Positions 26,734 through 40,494 are shown, counted from the stretch's first letter. The stretch is DNA of 64,000 bases from Auanema rhodensis (GCA_964057225.1 OZ059899.1:14446001-14510000); one strand, 5' to 3'. Numbers and translations: made by a program. The notes: generated from the sequence alone by a model not told the origin.

Positions 26734-27975
26734 CTGAAAATTTATATTTGAAGAAAAGTAATATTAATGATAAGTAAATCAGCAAAGATCAAAAACATGC
26801 AAATACAAAGAAGTTCTACCTGAAGTTTTGATTTTCTTCTTCATAGATTAACAAGGAATTAATGAAGAATTAGAGAATAAGTTGAGATTTCAGGTTTTCA
26901 ACTCAAATTGAATAATAAATTTTAAAAAAAGGTTGTAGCTGTTATTATAAAACTATAAACTATATAATCACTAATTATATGATACCAGACCACTTGATGG
27001 AAGGTTGTAAATACAGTTCAAAAAACAATTAATAAGCTGATGAGATTGTAAAACCTTATATGAGCAATTCAACAATCATAATAAGAAAGAATAGATTTTT
27101 GTTTGAGTCAAAAGAACTTGAATAAACATTTATTAATGAAGAAATGAAAAGAATAGCATGTAGTTTGAAGAAGAAATGAGATTAATTGATCAGGTGGGAG
27201 ACGGGGGGAGACAGGGAGGACAGTAGTGCTGTAGCTAGATAACATAGGAGGTCAGTAGCGATAAGACTTAAAGAGAAGCACTTGATTATAGTTATATTTT
27301 CATGTCTAGATCAATGTTTATTATGATCAAATAGTTAAAAAATATTATATACTATATATATATAATCTTTAAACAATAATGTATTTCTTTGTATCTCTTT
27401 GAAGAGAGAGAGAGAACAAAAGATACAAGAGAGTTTGGTGAACGTTTATATGAGAATAGAATTTAGAAATCCATATACAGATCTATGAATTGTCGTTTCT
27501 TTTTGAAAATAATTGGAAAAAATAAAATATTTTAGTAATCAAAATGGTGAAATGGAACGTTTATTCATTTATCTGATAGCCAGTTGACCTTTTTTTCTCG
27601 GCAATTTACTTTTAATCACCTACTGTTTCACTCGAGAGCGAGAATGTGCGATAAGCTTCTCTACCAATGTTCTTTAGAAGACCTTATGAAAGGCCTTCGT
27701 AATTATAATCTTATCACGAATTTTTTCATTTTCATCTCAAAAAACCTTTTTTGATTAAAGCCACTATCAATGTCTGGTGTTGTAACTCGAGTATCATGCA
27801 CGTTATCATATAGACATATAGTCTCCGGCATTTTCAGTGCATCGGAATATCAGTTTTCAGATGTAAATTTGAAATATGTAAATCTAAGGATCATGCCTAG
27901 GATGTTTCATATCCAATTATACCTTTCTCTTAGTCAATGATTGAGTGTGGACGGATATCGAGGGTTGAGTACGTG

Positions 27976-27989
27976 GTTACCATGACTAC
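27976..27989 (+). promoter_or_regulatory. X-box-like RFX/DAF-19 site
   Basis: GTTACC-AT-GACTAC has one mismatch to the consensus GTHNYY-AT-RRNAAC and lies ~65 bp upstream of the ATG of a ciliary dynein-2 gene. Confidence 0.7.
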
Positions 27990-28053
27990 TGACATCGACT
28001 ATTGCTATAGTATAGGAACAGCTTGTAAAAGCCTACATTTTACTAAAGAAATC

Positions 28054-31000
28054 ATGTCATCTGTTAAAAATGCATCAAAACGTTCTTCAAGTAATTCTAA
28101 AAACGATTCCAAATCCAGGTGATTCTATTTCAATTATATTATTATCATAAGTATTATTTTTGAAGAGTCAATTCAAGAACAGTGCCAATTAAAGCTGCTA
28201 CGAAATCTGAACATAAAGCTAGAACTACGGTAAGATCTGTTGAAAAAAATTGAATTGTTTTAGTTTTATTGCATTTTTAAAAAATTTTATTTCAGAAAAC
28301 AAAAGAACCTTCAAAACCAAAAAAGGCACCGGCTAAAGTAGTTATCCAACAGCCTGTTGCAAATGACTATTATTCTGATGATTTCGAGGATGAAGACGAT
28401 GATAAAGACTCAACAGATGATGAAAAACTTCCACCTCCGCAAAAGCTAGAGGAAGTACCTATTCCAGTGCTCCAAAAACCCACTAAACCTCCTATACAAC
28501 AATCATCATACGAATCTGACTTCGAGGATGATGAAAATAATTCCGACAATGCTGAAAGTGAAGTTGAAAGCATTCCATTGAATCAAATTGAGGTAAAACA
28601 TTCGTTTCAAACAAATTCATTCTCACCAATAAAATGGCTTGTATTTCGTTGGTACGTGACCTTTCACGTTATAAAGTTCACGTGGTTATAATGTGCAGCC
28701 AGTAAAGTTCACGTGAGCTACGAATACATCTGAACGCCCAATTAAACGGCAAAAGCAGCATTTTCAATAAATCTAATAAGAACTAAAATTCAAGAATATT
28801 AATAAATACAATATTAAAAATGTATTTCAGAATCCAACGCCACTTCTTAAACGTTTAGCAGATAGAGAAGAAAACCAAATATCTAATTCTAAAACAGAGC
28901 ATTTAAAAGATTATTCAAAAGAGGTTAAAACTTTATTTCATCGATGTTTGATGTACAATAAACTTAAGGCTGTTGATACAGTAGCATCACCTTCACTTCC
29001 AATTAACTTCACTTCTGCCACTCTTAACCTCTCTGAAAGTTATCCAAGTAATGAAAAACGATTGAAAAAGCTCCAAGAACTAATAAGTATATTCAAACTT
29101 TGACCAATTCCGTCAGAATATTTTCTTTTAGAACTTGAAACAACTAGAACCGTTTTATTGAATCTCTTACCTAATAAGGAGCATGACTTCTATTTAGAGC
29201 TATTTGGAGCATCTGGTAGAAAACAGGTTTAAACTTAATGTTATAAAAAAATTTAAAATCCCTCATCTATCTAGGCATCAGTTCAAACAAACGATGATGA
29301 TGTGTCCGAAATGACTCAAACAGATCAGAAAGATTCAGAATCGAAATCGACACAACATCCAGCAACAGTAATAATTAGAATTTTTAAAGCCTTTTCAGAA
29401 GTACGTACTTTAAGATTGATAACTATAATGAAGTTACGAACGATAACGATAATGATTTATCAATTTTCAAACGAAATCATCTGGATAACCCACATCTCAA
29501 GCAGTTTGCGTCTGTAGCATCTCAAGTATTGAACTCGAGTTGAAAAATACTAAATTTCAATTAATTTTCAGGTAATTCTGGAATTAACATCAGCTCAGTC
29601 AACTACATCTAAACATGCGGAAATGAAAAATATGACAAATTTATCTTTTAGTAAAGGGTTCAACTTACTGGTTTTACCTTCAACTTTGAGTATGTGATCA
29701 TAAGCTTAATCAAAAACAGTTGTACGACTTGGTTTCAGAGGGAAGAGTGTCCTGTACATGTAAATCAGGAACATCTTCAGATTTTGTCTTTGTTAGTTCA
29801 TATATAATGGAAACAATTGTAGAAGAATTGATAGCTAAATCCTTAATTATAGAATATTCCATTGATAATTCAGAGCCGCCGAAAAGGTTTTTCTCAATTA
29901 ACTTGTTCACAAAACCACGTCTTATGTTTTAGCTTACATTTTGCAGAAGGCGACGTTACAGCATTAGCTGGATCTGACGATAATTCACTATTATGCGCTG
30001 GTTTGGTAATATAATTTAAAAGTTTAATTTCTCAGTAAATCGTTCTAGAAGGATGGCTCTGTTTTACTCTATGATTTATTAGGAAAAAATAATAATGATG
30101 TAGAAAGTGTACCATGGCTAGGTAATGTAATAAATAAAGATATTGTTTATATCGTAGCCGGCTTGCAGATAGTCCTGAACCTATACCATTACGTAGAGCA
30201 GATTTTGATACTTCGTTTTATAGTTTAGAGATTAATGGAACGAATTCAGCTCCAATCGTTGATATCAAATTCATTCCAAATGCGGACACGTAAGTTATTC
30301 AGAAAACTTGATGAAAGAGTATAAGCTTTATTTCAGAAAAGGATCCCAACAAATAGCAGTTTTGGATCAATCCGCAAGGTTATGGATATACTCTTGCCAT
30401 AAGAATGGTAGTTCTATGGCAAAAGGAATGTCACCTGGTGGACAATTATATATGACATTGAGCGCTTTGATTCGACCAGATTCAGTAATATCAAGGTATC
30501 TATATTGATTAAAAGCAAAAACTTTTTTTTTTAACTTTTCAGGAATGCTTCGATGCCAACAGCAATAATTGCTAATTGTTTGGCTATATGTAATGATCCT
30601 GTTCAATTCATCATAGGTTTGTTTATCAAATTATCAACTATGAAATGACTATTTCTTGATTTCATCTAGGAACTGATATAGGATTCTTGACAACTATATC
30701 TAAATCAAAGTTAAATCAGAATGTGCCCAGGTTATACAAGGATAAAACACGTAATCCCTCACAAGGTTTTAGATTAATTTTCCAAATTTTTAGAATTTTT
30801 TGGTGAAGTTACTTGCATAAAACCATCAATATTGAGAACTGACTTGTTATTGGTTAGATATATCACAAAATAATTGTGAAGAAACCATATGTGTAATATT
30901 TAGGCCGGATTATCAAATGGTTGTATATCTGTTTATAGTCTTCAAAGATCCTCAGCAATAACAACTATAACACCTCCAGCAAGTTCTCGTCGATCTGTAG

Positions 31001-31390
31001 TTGCAATCGAATGGTGCCCAACGTAAGGGCATTTCTCCATATATCACTTAACATCAAAATTTTACAGAAATTCTGAAACCTTCTACTCTTTACACGAGGG
31101 TAACAGACTTCTTACATGGAATTTAACGAATCCTAAAGTTCCTACGTCAATATCACAATGGGAATCTGTTAGTAACTCGTTAAAACAAACTTAGAGTTAA
31201 ATTGTTGTTGGTTTAGGGGTCGTCACCTGCAACAAATATGATTTGCTGGAAAGATAATACTTCCACCAACTTGTCATATATGGTAAGCTTTGAATTCTGT
31301 AATAAGTATTGAACTTCACATTTTCAGGCTATCGGTTATAATACGGGAAAAGTTGAAATACACATTTTGGAAACTATAAAGCAATCCTGA
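28054..31390 (+). CDS. wdr-60: Dynein-2 intermediate chain WDR60/DYNC2I1
   Basis: Acidic N-terminus (YSDDFEDE, YESDFED), WDR60-like motif EHDFYLELFG..GRKQASVQTNDDD..EMTQTD...STQHP, then WD40 repeats (LCAGLEDGSVLLYDL, IIGTDIG, LAGLSNGCISVY), ending KVEIHILETIKQS*. Many ~45-nt introns. Confidence 0.85.
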
Positions 31391-31539
31391 GAGTAACTTA
31401 AGATGTGTTAAAAAGCTCAAAAATCAACAACATTTTGCTTATTTAATTACTTGAAAACAATAAAAGAATTTGAATTAAATAATTAAGAAATAAGAACCAA
31501 CGCATTCATTTGAAATGTTCAAAAACTTTAATTCGTTAA

Positions 31540-34110
31540 TTAAATCAAAAGTGAAGATTGATCTTCTAACAACACAGAAGTACTGTAAGCCATGTCCCAA
31601 TATTGAGCAACACCATGTTTTTCAAAGAGATCACGAGCCTAGAAGCAAGAAGTTGAAATAATTTCAAGTTGAATAGCATCTGCTAACTTACATTCTTTTC
31701 AATGATGGCAGTAACTACTGAGAAATCCCTGAAGTTACGCTTCTTTACCTGTCCCTCCCAAATCTAAAATAGTTACTTTGAAAATCAGAAGTTTAAAAAT
31801 GATGACTGACTAGTGTGCAATTATTTCTTTCTCCTGGAGCATCCTTCTCAGCATCTTTCTTTTGTCCAATAATTTCATCTTCCCATTTTATTCGAGTCAT
31901 CATGAGATTCTTGTAGAATTTTTGCTGTTTTGGTCCTGTAAAAGCAATATTAAAATAATTTATTTTGAATTAAAAATCATTACCCCCTTCTACAACAACC
32001 AAATTAATATGTTTGTGAAGAAGAACAAGACCAGTCATTTGTAGTTGTTTAGCATTCATTTCAACTTTGAACTTCTTGGCGGGATGTAGCAATGATTTTA
32101 TTCTGAAATTTTAAAATTTAAGTAATCTTGATTATATCTTATTCGTTACCTATATACAGCAACATTAACAGCAAGGGAAGTATCTTCAGATAACTTTTTA
32201 GTTTTCTTAGCTGCCCTTTGTTCATCGGTTAATTTTCTTTCTGCGTTTGCCATTTGATGTTTCTTCAACCGTTCATCCATTTGTTTTCGAACATGAGCTT
32301 CCATCTTGGTTGGGTCTTGAACTGCCTCACTTCCTAATACTCGCATGAGATTGGATATTTTCACCTTAAATCACACGAAAATAAGAGATAAAAGAAAAGC
32401 AGAAGCTCTACCTTGGCTTCAGGTGCTTTCTCTAAACCAAGTCTGATTTTTTCCGTTCGCTCCTTTAACATTTCTTTTCTGTTTTGACGACGAATCTTCT
32501 TTCTTTCCCTGGTAGTTAGATATACCTACAATACTATGTTATTGTTAGAAATTTGAGAACGAATAGAACCTTCAAATACTGAGGAACAAGAGGATCATTT
32601 GGAGGTTTCAACTTGATTGGATGTTCAACTAATTCACTAATAGCATCCTTGAAACGGAAAGCATTCGTAAGATCGGGAATATTATCATAACTAAATCGAG
32701 GATATGAACAGAATATATCAAGAAAATACAACTGACTTATTTTCTTCTAAAACAATAGAATCCCACCACTCTATATTTGGGATAGTATCACTACTTTTAC
32801 CCGCTGGAGTAACCATAGCCAACTTAACAGCTGACGATATTCCTGTACTTTTGGCAACTTGTGAAACTTCGGCCTATAATCACAAAATAATTAAGTGAAA
32901 TTGCAGTACAACTAACCTGAAGTTTTTCTAGTTTGGCAGCAGCACGCTGCTTGTTAGCTAGCTTCTCAAACTCTCCTTTCTCATGGAAGTTGAAACCTCT
33001 CTTCTTACGATCGGCAGCTTTAGCGTGTATTCTGGGATCAAGATAAGCTAAAAACTTCTCTTTCTCTTCCTTTGGAAACTAAAAAAAAATGTTTCAGTTG
33101 AAGTGATGTTAAATGATCTACAGTTTCCTCTTTCTTGATAATATCTTCTGTAACTTCTGGTAGCGGAGTCATAACTGGAGCATTTTGTTGGCTATTAACA
33201 ATAGAATTGATAGTCTTGTTAGCTGATAATTTTGCCTGAAAAGTAAGAAAATCAGGAACGGTACAACACTATTACATTTACATACCTTCAATTCTTCCAT
33301 GCGATTTTTCTTGTTGATAGCAAAGTCCATGAAAATTTTGGCTTCCTAGAGTAACCACTTATGTTTTAAACGTTTATTTTCAACTAACCTCAGGACGAAG
33401 TGGAGCACTCTTAGTAGTACTTGCAGGAGTTGAAACACCTGGAGGAGCTCCAGCAATTTTTCTTTTACGCTCTTCAATTTCTTGTTGAGCTTTATACATG
33501 AACTCCTTTGCTCTAAACATAGTTTTATACGTTTAACTGTGTTCTATTCACACCTCAAAGAGTCTTCGGACACTAGTTCATTTTTGACCCTATCATCGAC
33601 ATCTCCAGATTTCTTATGATTTCCATCCTGTGATATGTTTCTCAACTGACTACGCTAAAACGAGATATTTTTTAAAATTAATCCAAAGATCTATTCCAAC
33701 TCTATCATCACGATGTTCATCATATCGTACTCTTCTTCGGTCACGATTATCCTCACGGTAACTTCTTTTGCTATGTCTGTTCTCATCTTTGGATTCCTCG
33801 AACTGAATAAATCATAAAATAGATATTATAGGCATGAGAACCTTACCCTAGCGCGTTTTCTGAGTTGTGGATAAATGGAGCTAACAGCACTAATAACTTT
33901 GTGAGCACGATGTGAATCAGACACCGAATCTAATATTCTATCCTGTAATTTAACATTGAATTTAAAAAAATAATACTATTGACTGACTTTCATAGTATCA
34001 TAATCATAACCCTTTTTGATACAGCGTTCCACAATATCTTTCACTTTATCTCGTTCATCACGGCGAGATAAGTACTTGTCGCAAGCATCCCCAAGTTCGT
34101 CCCTTCCCAT
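31540..34110 (-). CDS. prp-3: U4/U6 snRNP protein PRPF3
   Basis: Motifs [89 protein letters not shown] and [11 protein letters not shown]. Confidence 0.96.
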
Positions 34111-34459
34111 CTAAGATAGAAATACAAATTTGCATGAATTGAGACTTGAAAAATAAAATAAAATATTTGGAAGACTTCGAACTTCGTAATAAATCAAAGG
34201 AAAAATACAGTGAAATAAATTTTTTTTTATGCACAAACTATATAAAAGAAGTACAGGAAATATAATGAAACCTAAAGCTACAAAAAAAAAAAGGTTTTCA
34301 ATATTTTAATGAATTGTCTATCCTAAAATATGTGTTAAAAAAAAATGTATGACTGAAAAAACCGATTATAATAAATTTCTTGTGATTGGGATTTCACAAA
34401 ATCTAAGAGATCAATTTCTTTCACAAAGGGTAAGTATGTTAGTTTGATGTTTGTGATTT

Positions 34460-37400
34460 TCACGGAGAAGGAGTCATTTCATCTAAGCTTCTTCGCTTTT
34501 TAGCATTATTTAATAACGTTTGCAAGGACTTCTTATCCAATTTCTCTTCATCCTTCGAGTCTCTTGTACTCTCATCTTCTTCTGAAAAATATTTATTCGA
34601 ATGCTTTTACTTTTTATACTTTAAGTTTTACCTTCGATTTGCCCCTTAATTCCACCGGTAACTTGCTTTTCAAGTTTTAATTTTTTCTGAGCTAGCATCA
34701 GCATACCTCCCTACAAAACAAAACATTCAAAACACATAATAAGAACTATATTGCAAACCTCCACAGTTCCCTTACTAATCAATCTGGTTACATAAACAGG
34801 TTTCTTTTGTCCCATGCGATGACAACGATCTTCAGCCTGCTTATCGTTATAAGGATTGAAGTCAATATCATGCAAAATAATATGGTTAGCAGATGTTAAA
34901 TTGATTCCTAATCCTCCTGCTTTTGTCGATAAAAGGAATATAAATAATTCAGGTGTAGAGTTGAACTCATTGATCATCTCTTGTCTATAATTATAAGTTT
35001 AAACTTTCATCGAAAAAACAAAGTCTACCTATCCATGACAGGTGTTTGTCCATCCAAGCGTTTGAAATGATATCCACGAATTTTCATGTATACTTCCAGA
35101 ATATCAAGCATCGAAGTGAATTGTGAGAATATCAGGCACTTTTCACCCTAAAAGTCCAACCTTAGTCTCTGAGAATAAAAAGGTTAAACTACCTTCTTTT
35201 GAATTTCCGGAAGCATAATATCAAGTTGCTTGCATTTACCCGATTCCAAAACAAGGTTCTCGTCCAATAGGTATTTTTGAGTACTCTTATATTTTTCGCA
35301 AAGCTGATGTAGTCGGAAGTCACTAAAGAACGATAAATCCTCTGAAACATGCTCCCACTGCTTTTTCTCATACTGCTTTTCCTGTAAATCAAGCATGTTC
35401 ACACGATAATGTGAAATTATCATACCTTAGCACATAATGATTTAGCTATCTTGTCAAGTGTTTGATCATCATACTCAACACGAGTGAGTAAAGCATGATT
35501 AGCACCTTGTCGAAGTTTCATTAAAACATTGTAAGCATTGCTAGTATCGCCATCAACACTACGAACGCTGAAAATTAAAGAATATATACAAGATTGTGAA
35601 AAAACAACAAACCCATCAAGAATACTTTCATAATTATCATTTTGTTTCTCCAACATTTTTACTTCAATAATCTTTTCATGCTTCGGAGGTAGATGAGATA
35701 ATACCTAGAAAAAAATGAAATTAATAAAACAGAAAATAGCTTTACTTGAGCTTTCAGTCTTCTCAAAATGTAAGGCTGGAGGATTTGCTTGGCTTGCTCA
35801 ATTCTATCACTTTGATACATAGCAGCACTAGAGGCTTCCAAGGCTGGACCTTGCTAAAATAAGAAAAAGTTTGAAAAAAATAGAAAAAATAAGCTATTTT
35901 ACCTGTTTGAAATGCGATAGAAGTTGACCTATATCTTCACAATACTTATTGAATATTTTACTCAAAACAAAATACATTAAAGAAATGAGTTCAATGAGAT
36001 TATTTTGTAAAGGGGTACCAGTAAGAAGAATTTTATGTTGACCCTGGAGAAAAAAATTATAAAAGCACTACGATAGACACTATTACCTTAACTTTCATCA
36101 GATTTTTATACCGTTCAGTGCTACAATTTTTAAGCATATGACCTTCATCATATATCACATAATTTATACTAAAACTTTTAAAGAATTTCTTATCGTCGTG
36201 TTTTGAAGAAACCATATTGTATGTGGTTAGCACAACGTCGATCTGTAATTTATAAGAAAATAAGTATAAAATGATCAAAAAAGCTACTAGTTCTTTGCGT
36301 TTTTTAGCCATATGTCTCAGTTGTTTTCTCTCATCTTGACTACCATAATAGGTAAGAAGCTTAAATAGAATAATTATATTTGAAAAGTAGAGAGCTCTAG
36401 ACCTTAAGAGAAGGACACCAGCGAGAAATTTCCCCCATCCAATTTTCAATAGTAGAAGAAGGAACTACAATTAAATGTGGACCATGCACATTCTCTTCTT
36501 TAAGTTTAGCTATGAAAGAGATTATTTGAATTGTTTTTCCAAGACCCTGAAAAGCAATATTATAAATATGAAGAGTTGAATACAATTCACCATTTCATCT
36601 CCTAATATACAGTTAAAGCCTTTTTTATGCATCATAACTAACCAATTAACACCAATTAACTGATAATCATGAAGAGTATAACTGAAATATGAAGGAGGTG
36701 TTTATAATAAAAATATAAAACCTTACCCGTCGGCAAGAAGCTTAGGCTGGGTTCTATCCCGAGTGCATCGTTCAAAATCTTGCTCAATTGAAACTGCATG
36801 AACACGGCAATCATATAAAATTTTTTCCAGAATTCCTCGGTTTTCAAGATAATCCTGATAAGCTTCCAATGCAGCTTTTCCTCGTTGTACTTCATTAAGA
36901 CATTTGGTCTGAACACTTTGGTGAAATGAAAGGGACAGCAAGATTCATACCAAAGCGTAAAATGAATTGAACGGTCTGTTGGCTAATACAATCGCAGCTA
37001 TTTTTTCAGTGATCCGAGGAGTAGCAAGTAATTCTTCTTCAGTAGCAGTGTTAAAGAATTCCCTGCTCTGTAACATTACTGGATCTTCACGTCGGTTAGC
37101 TCTACGCTCGTCCGCCTAGAACATTTTCTTGTAGAAAAATAAAAAACGACCGCTTACGTCACTATCACTATCAGGAGTAGTTTCTCTTCGATCACTATCT
37201 TCGTCATCTAAGAACTCTTCTTCATCACTCTCATCCTTACTCTTCATTTTGTGTTTAAGAGCATCTTTGGCTACTGATTTGAGTGTTGAACCTCCCTAAA
37301 CTAAAAATGAATAAATTTTTTTTTAATATTCTTACAGCTTGCTCTTCTCCTTCACTCTCGTCAGATAATAAAATCTTCCTTTTTGGTGGCTTGCACTGTG

Positions 37401-38094
37401 AAACCTTTGTTTTCATCTAAACCAAGGATACATAAATGACCATTAAGCAAAACAAATAAAACCTTTTTGGACGCCTGCTTTTCATTTTTCCCATTTTGTA
37501 CAATACTTGGTTTTCCTAGCCATTCTTCTTCTTCACTGGATTCTGATAAGGTTCGTTCTTTTTTTCTATAATTATTGGAACGTCCATATAACATCAAACA
37601 ATGCGACATACGCGACTACAGATGTTGATGGCTGAGACTTAATTGGTTGAACACTACTGTGAGCTTTTGGAGCTGGTCTGTAGTGGAAACATGAGCTTTA
37701 AGAATTAAACTGTAAACTTCACTTTTTTCTTTTCCTTGTTTCTTCTTCACTAGGTACGAATTCATCTTCTTCCTCAGCATTACTTTCATCATCGATGAAC
37801 TCTTCCTCTTCTTCTTCCTCAGATTCAACTCTTTTCGACCTTTTCGCCCCGCCGACTGTAATCAGAATTATATAATAACGAATATCAAAATGTAACAACC
37901 TTTCGTTGCAGGTTTTTTTGAAGACCCAGTTGCCACTTTAGCAGCAATCTATAAAGATAGTTTGGATTTAGTTGGATTGTTAGTACACAAACCTCTGCAA
38001 GACATTGTCGTTTTTTCTCAAGCGATTGGAGGACCGATGCATTAAATACAGGCTGGTGGGCAACCCGGGATTTCCGCTCGCTTGAGAACGACAT
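34460..38094 (-). CDS. smrd-1: SMARCAD1/Fun30 SNF2-family chromatin remodeller
   Basis: Motifs [79 protein letters not shown] and [22 protein letters not shown] (Fun30-type). Confidence 0.95.
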
Positions 38095-39197
38095 TGTACT
38101 ATAAAAAGATTTTGATAAGAGAGTCTTAGAATTGATCGAGTTGAAAATCAAAAAAACAAATACTTTTGTATACAAACACCGTCAAATATTTTTCATAAAA
38201 CGCTTGTTCATAAGCGAATTAATCTAAAGGAGTTTTTTTCGAATGCCCCCTTTTAAAAAGCGCTGTTACAGTAGGATAGCCCATTTGTTTTAGAGCACAG
38301 TTTTAATACCACATTTTCAAAAAAAAGGGTTTTTAAAAATGTTAAATTCAATATTCAACAATTTAAATATATTCATATAATCTTATGCAAAATCTCCCAT
38401 CTTAAATTAATTATTCAATCAAATTATTTTTCAATTAAATTAAAGATTAATTGAATTGAAAATCTTATTTAAAACTTATTTCTGCTTTATAGAAACGTTT
38501 AGTGTTATATAAAGCTTCTATTGTTTCTAATTTAGAGTTTCTACTGCCTGGTTTTTTGAAAGATATTTTTATCTTTGCTTGCGATCATATATTTTCGTTC
38601 CCTCCTACTAATATTATTTTTCTTGAACTCTATCCATTCCTTTTGAGTCGGAAATAATGTTTTAAATGTATTTTTTATGATCAACACCTATATTCCTTTA
38701 TAGAATGTGTTAGATATATCACGTTTTTGAAAAAAAAAAGCTTTTATTGTGTGATTTTACTCGCTACTTGCTTGCGGAAACTTTCAAAATATCCTGTTTG
38801 ATTTAAATTTTCCACATAATGCACAGAACAATTCATTCAATTCTTATTTTCGAAAGTGAGCGATTTTGTTAATTTTATTTTTTTTATGGTGGAAGGCAAC
38901 TGTTTGTGTTTTGTTTCCGGAAATGTTCATGAACAGAGAAGTTTGTTCATTTTAAAAATATTCTTCACCAATTAATATATTTTGCACCATGTTTATAAAC
39001 AATAAAACTGGTTGAAGTTTGTTTCCCGATCCCTCTACTTCACCTAATTTCCTATATAAAAGGAATATTTTGTTTATTTCTTGGTCTCGAAAGTATGTGT
39101 ATATGTTGACATTTTGAAATGTTTCCAAGGAAATTATTCCGAATACCCGCTTGCTTTTTTGCTCAAGCTTTTACAATTGTTTTTACTGTGTTCTAGA

Positions 39198-40367
39198 ATG
39201 ACGGAAATTCAACAAAACATGCCTGAAATGTTGAAAATGCTCGAAGATCAAGTAAATGCGAAAAAAAATTTACTGAAAAGTGTTTTCACTGAATTATCTG
39301 AAGGGGAACTTTTCAAAAATCAAGCACAGATACGTGATGTAATGTGATGCTGTAAAAATAGTTTATTTTGGTTTTTGTTGAAGGTTTTAGGAGTTACCCC
39401 TGTCAATCGTGTTAACGATGGTTTTCAATGTCGTTTATTGCAAACAATTGGCTTCGAGGACATGGTTCTAGTTCAGATAGAAATAGTTAATAACTCTAAG
39501 GATTATTATATGTGAGTATTTGATAAGGTTTTACGTTGATGACTTATCTTTTAGTGTTCCTTATGCTTATACGTTACTTAACAATAGCGAATCTAGGTCA
39601 ACATTAAAAGATGATAATAATGATATTATTTCCAGCATCAAGTTTGAATCTTTTTTTTTCAACAGCTCCTATCGAAAACGAATTTAGAGGTCTTTCAAAA
39701 GCCAATTTCTATGTCTGTTTTCCAGCTCACTTGTTATATAAAAATGGCAGCGTTCATGTAGTTGTAGAATACTATTTGGACGATTCTGGGTGAACAAATT
39801 CTGCGTTTTTTGAAAATAATTAGATACAGTAATTTTGCATGTTTGAAAGCTTGCCCCCCTTCTATTGAACATAAGCGATTGGATGGATCCGTTTTTGAAA
39901 TAGAGCGTCCAACAAACTGGAAGTCATTAGATGATTTTACTGGGGCTAATGAAGAAGGTTTCCCTATTCCTCGAGGACGCTGCGTAAAATTAATTTGCAG
40001 AAGCCAAGGTACTAGTAGAATTCAGTTCAATTGCCCTTCCATCTGAAGGTTTTCCTCCCTTTTCAATCTTTTCATTCCGCAAACACTTCCCAATGTTCAA
40101 TACATTAGATTTCGGTGATTGGCAGGTTTATAATATTTATCAATGAATTCAATTTTTTTTGTTTGAAGTGTTATATCGGGTCTGAGGAACATAAAGGTTT
40201 GCTGGTTTCAAATGCTGGAGGTAATTATGGTATGGTTGATCTTATATATGGAAGGTTGTTGTCTTCAAAATATTCGATCGTATTCAATTTCCACTTTTAG
40301 AGATGAAAAAGCTCTCTCAGCATTTGTAGATAGTTTAAAAATTGCTATAGGAAAATCTGATGTTTGA
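39198..40367 (+). CDS. Uncharacterised protein (~270 aa): N-terminal helix or coiled coil plus beta-rich domain
   Basis: ATG follows a TTCTAG acceptor. Several short GT-AG introns join open exons from MTEIQQNMPEMLKMLEDQVNAKK to EKALSAFVDSLKIAIGKSDV*. Some junctions are approximate. Confidence 0.7.
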
Positions 40368-40494
40368 ATGTTTATTTCATTCAAAGAAAATAAGAAAACA
40401 ATTAATGATCTCTGCTTTTTTTGTATTTTTGTCTTGGAAGAAATAAATAGAACTATGGAATATATTTGAGCATTGGAATGTGTATTGAGATCTT

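Noticed and set aside
26820-26844. Upstream ATG exon (MKKKIKTS) for wht-1
   Set aside because: Splicing it to 26733 is out of frame and hits a stop; at most a 5' UTR exon or uORF.
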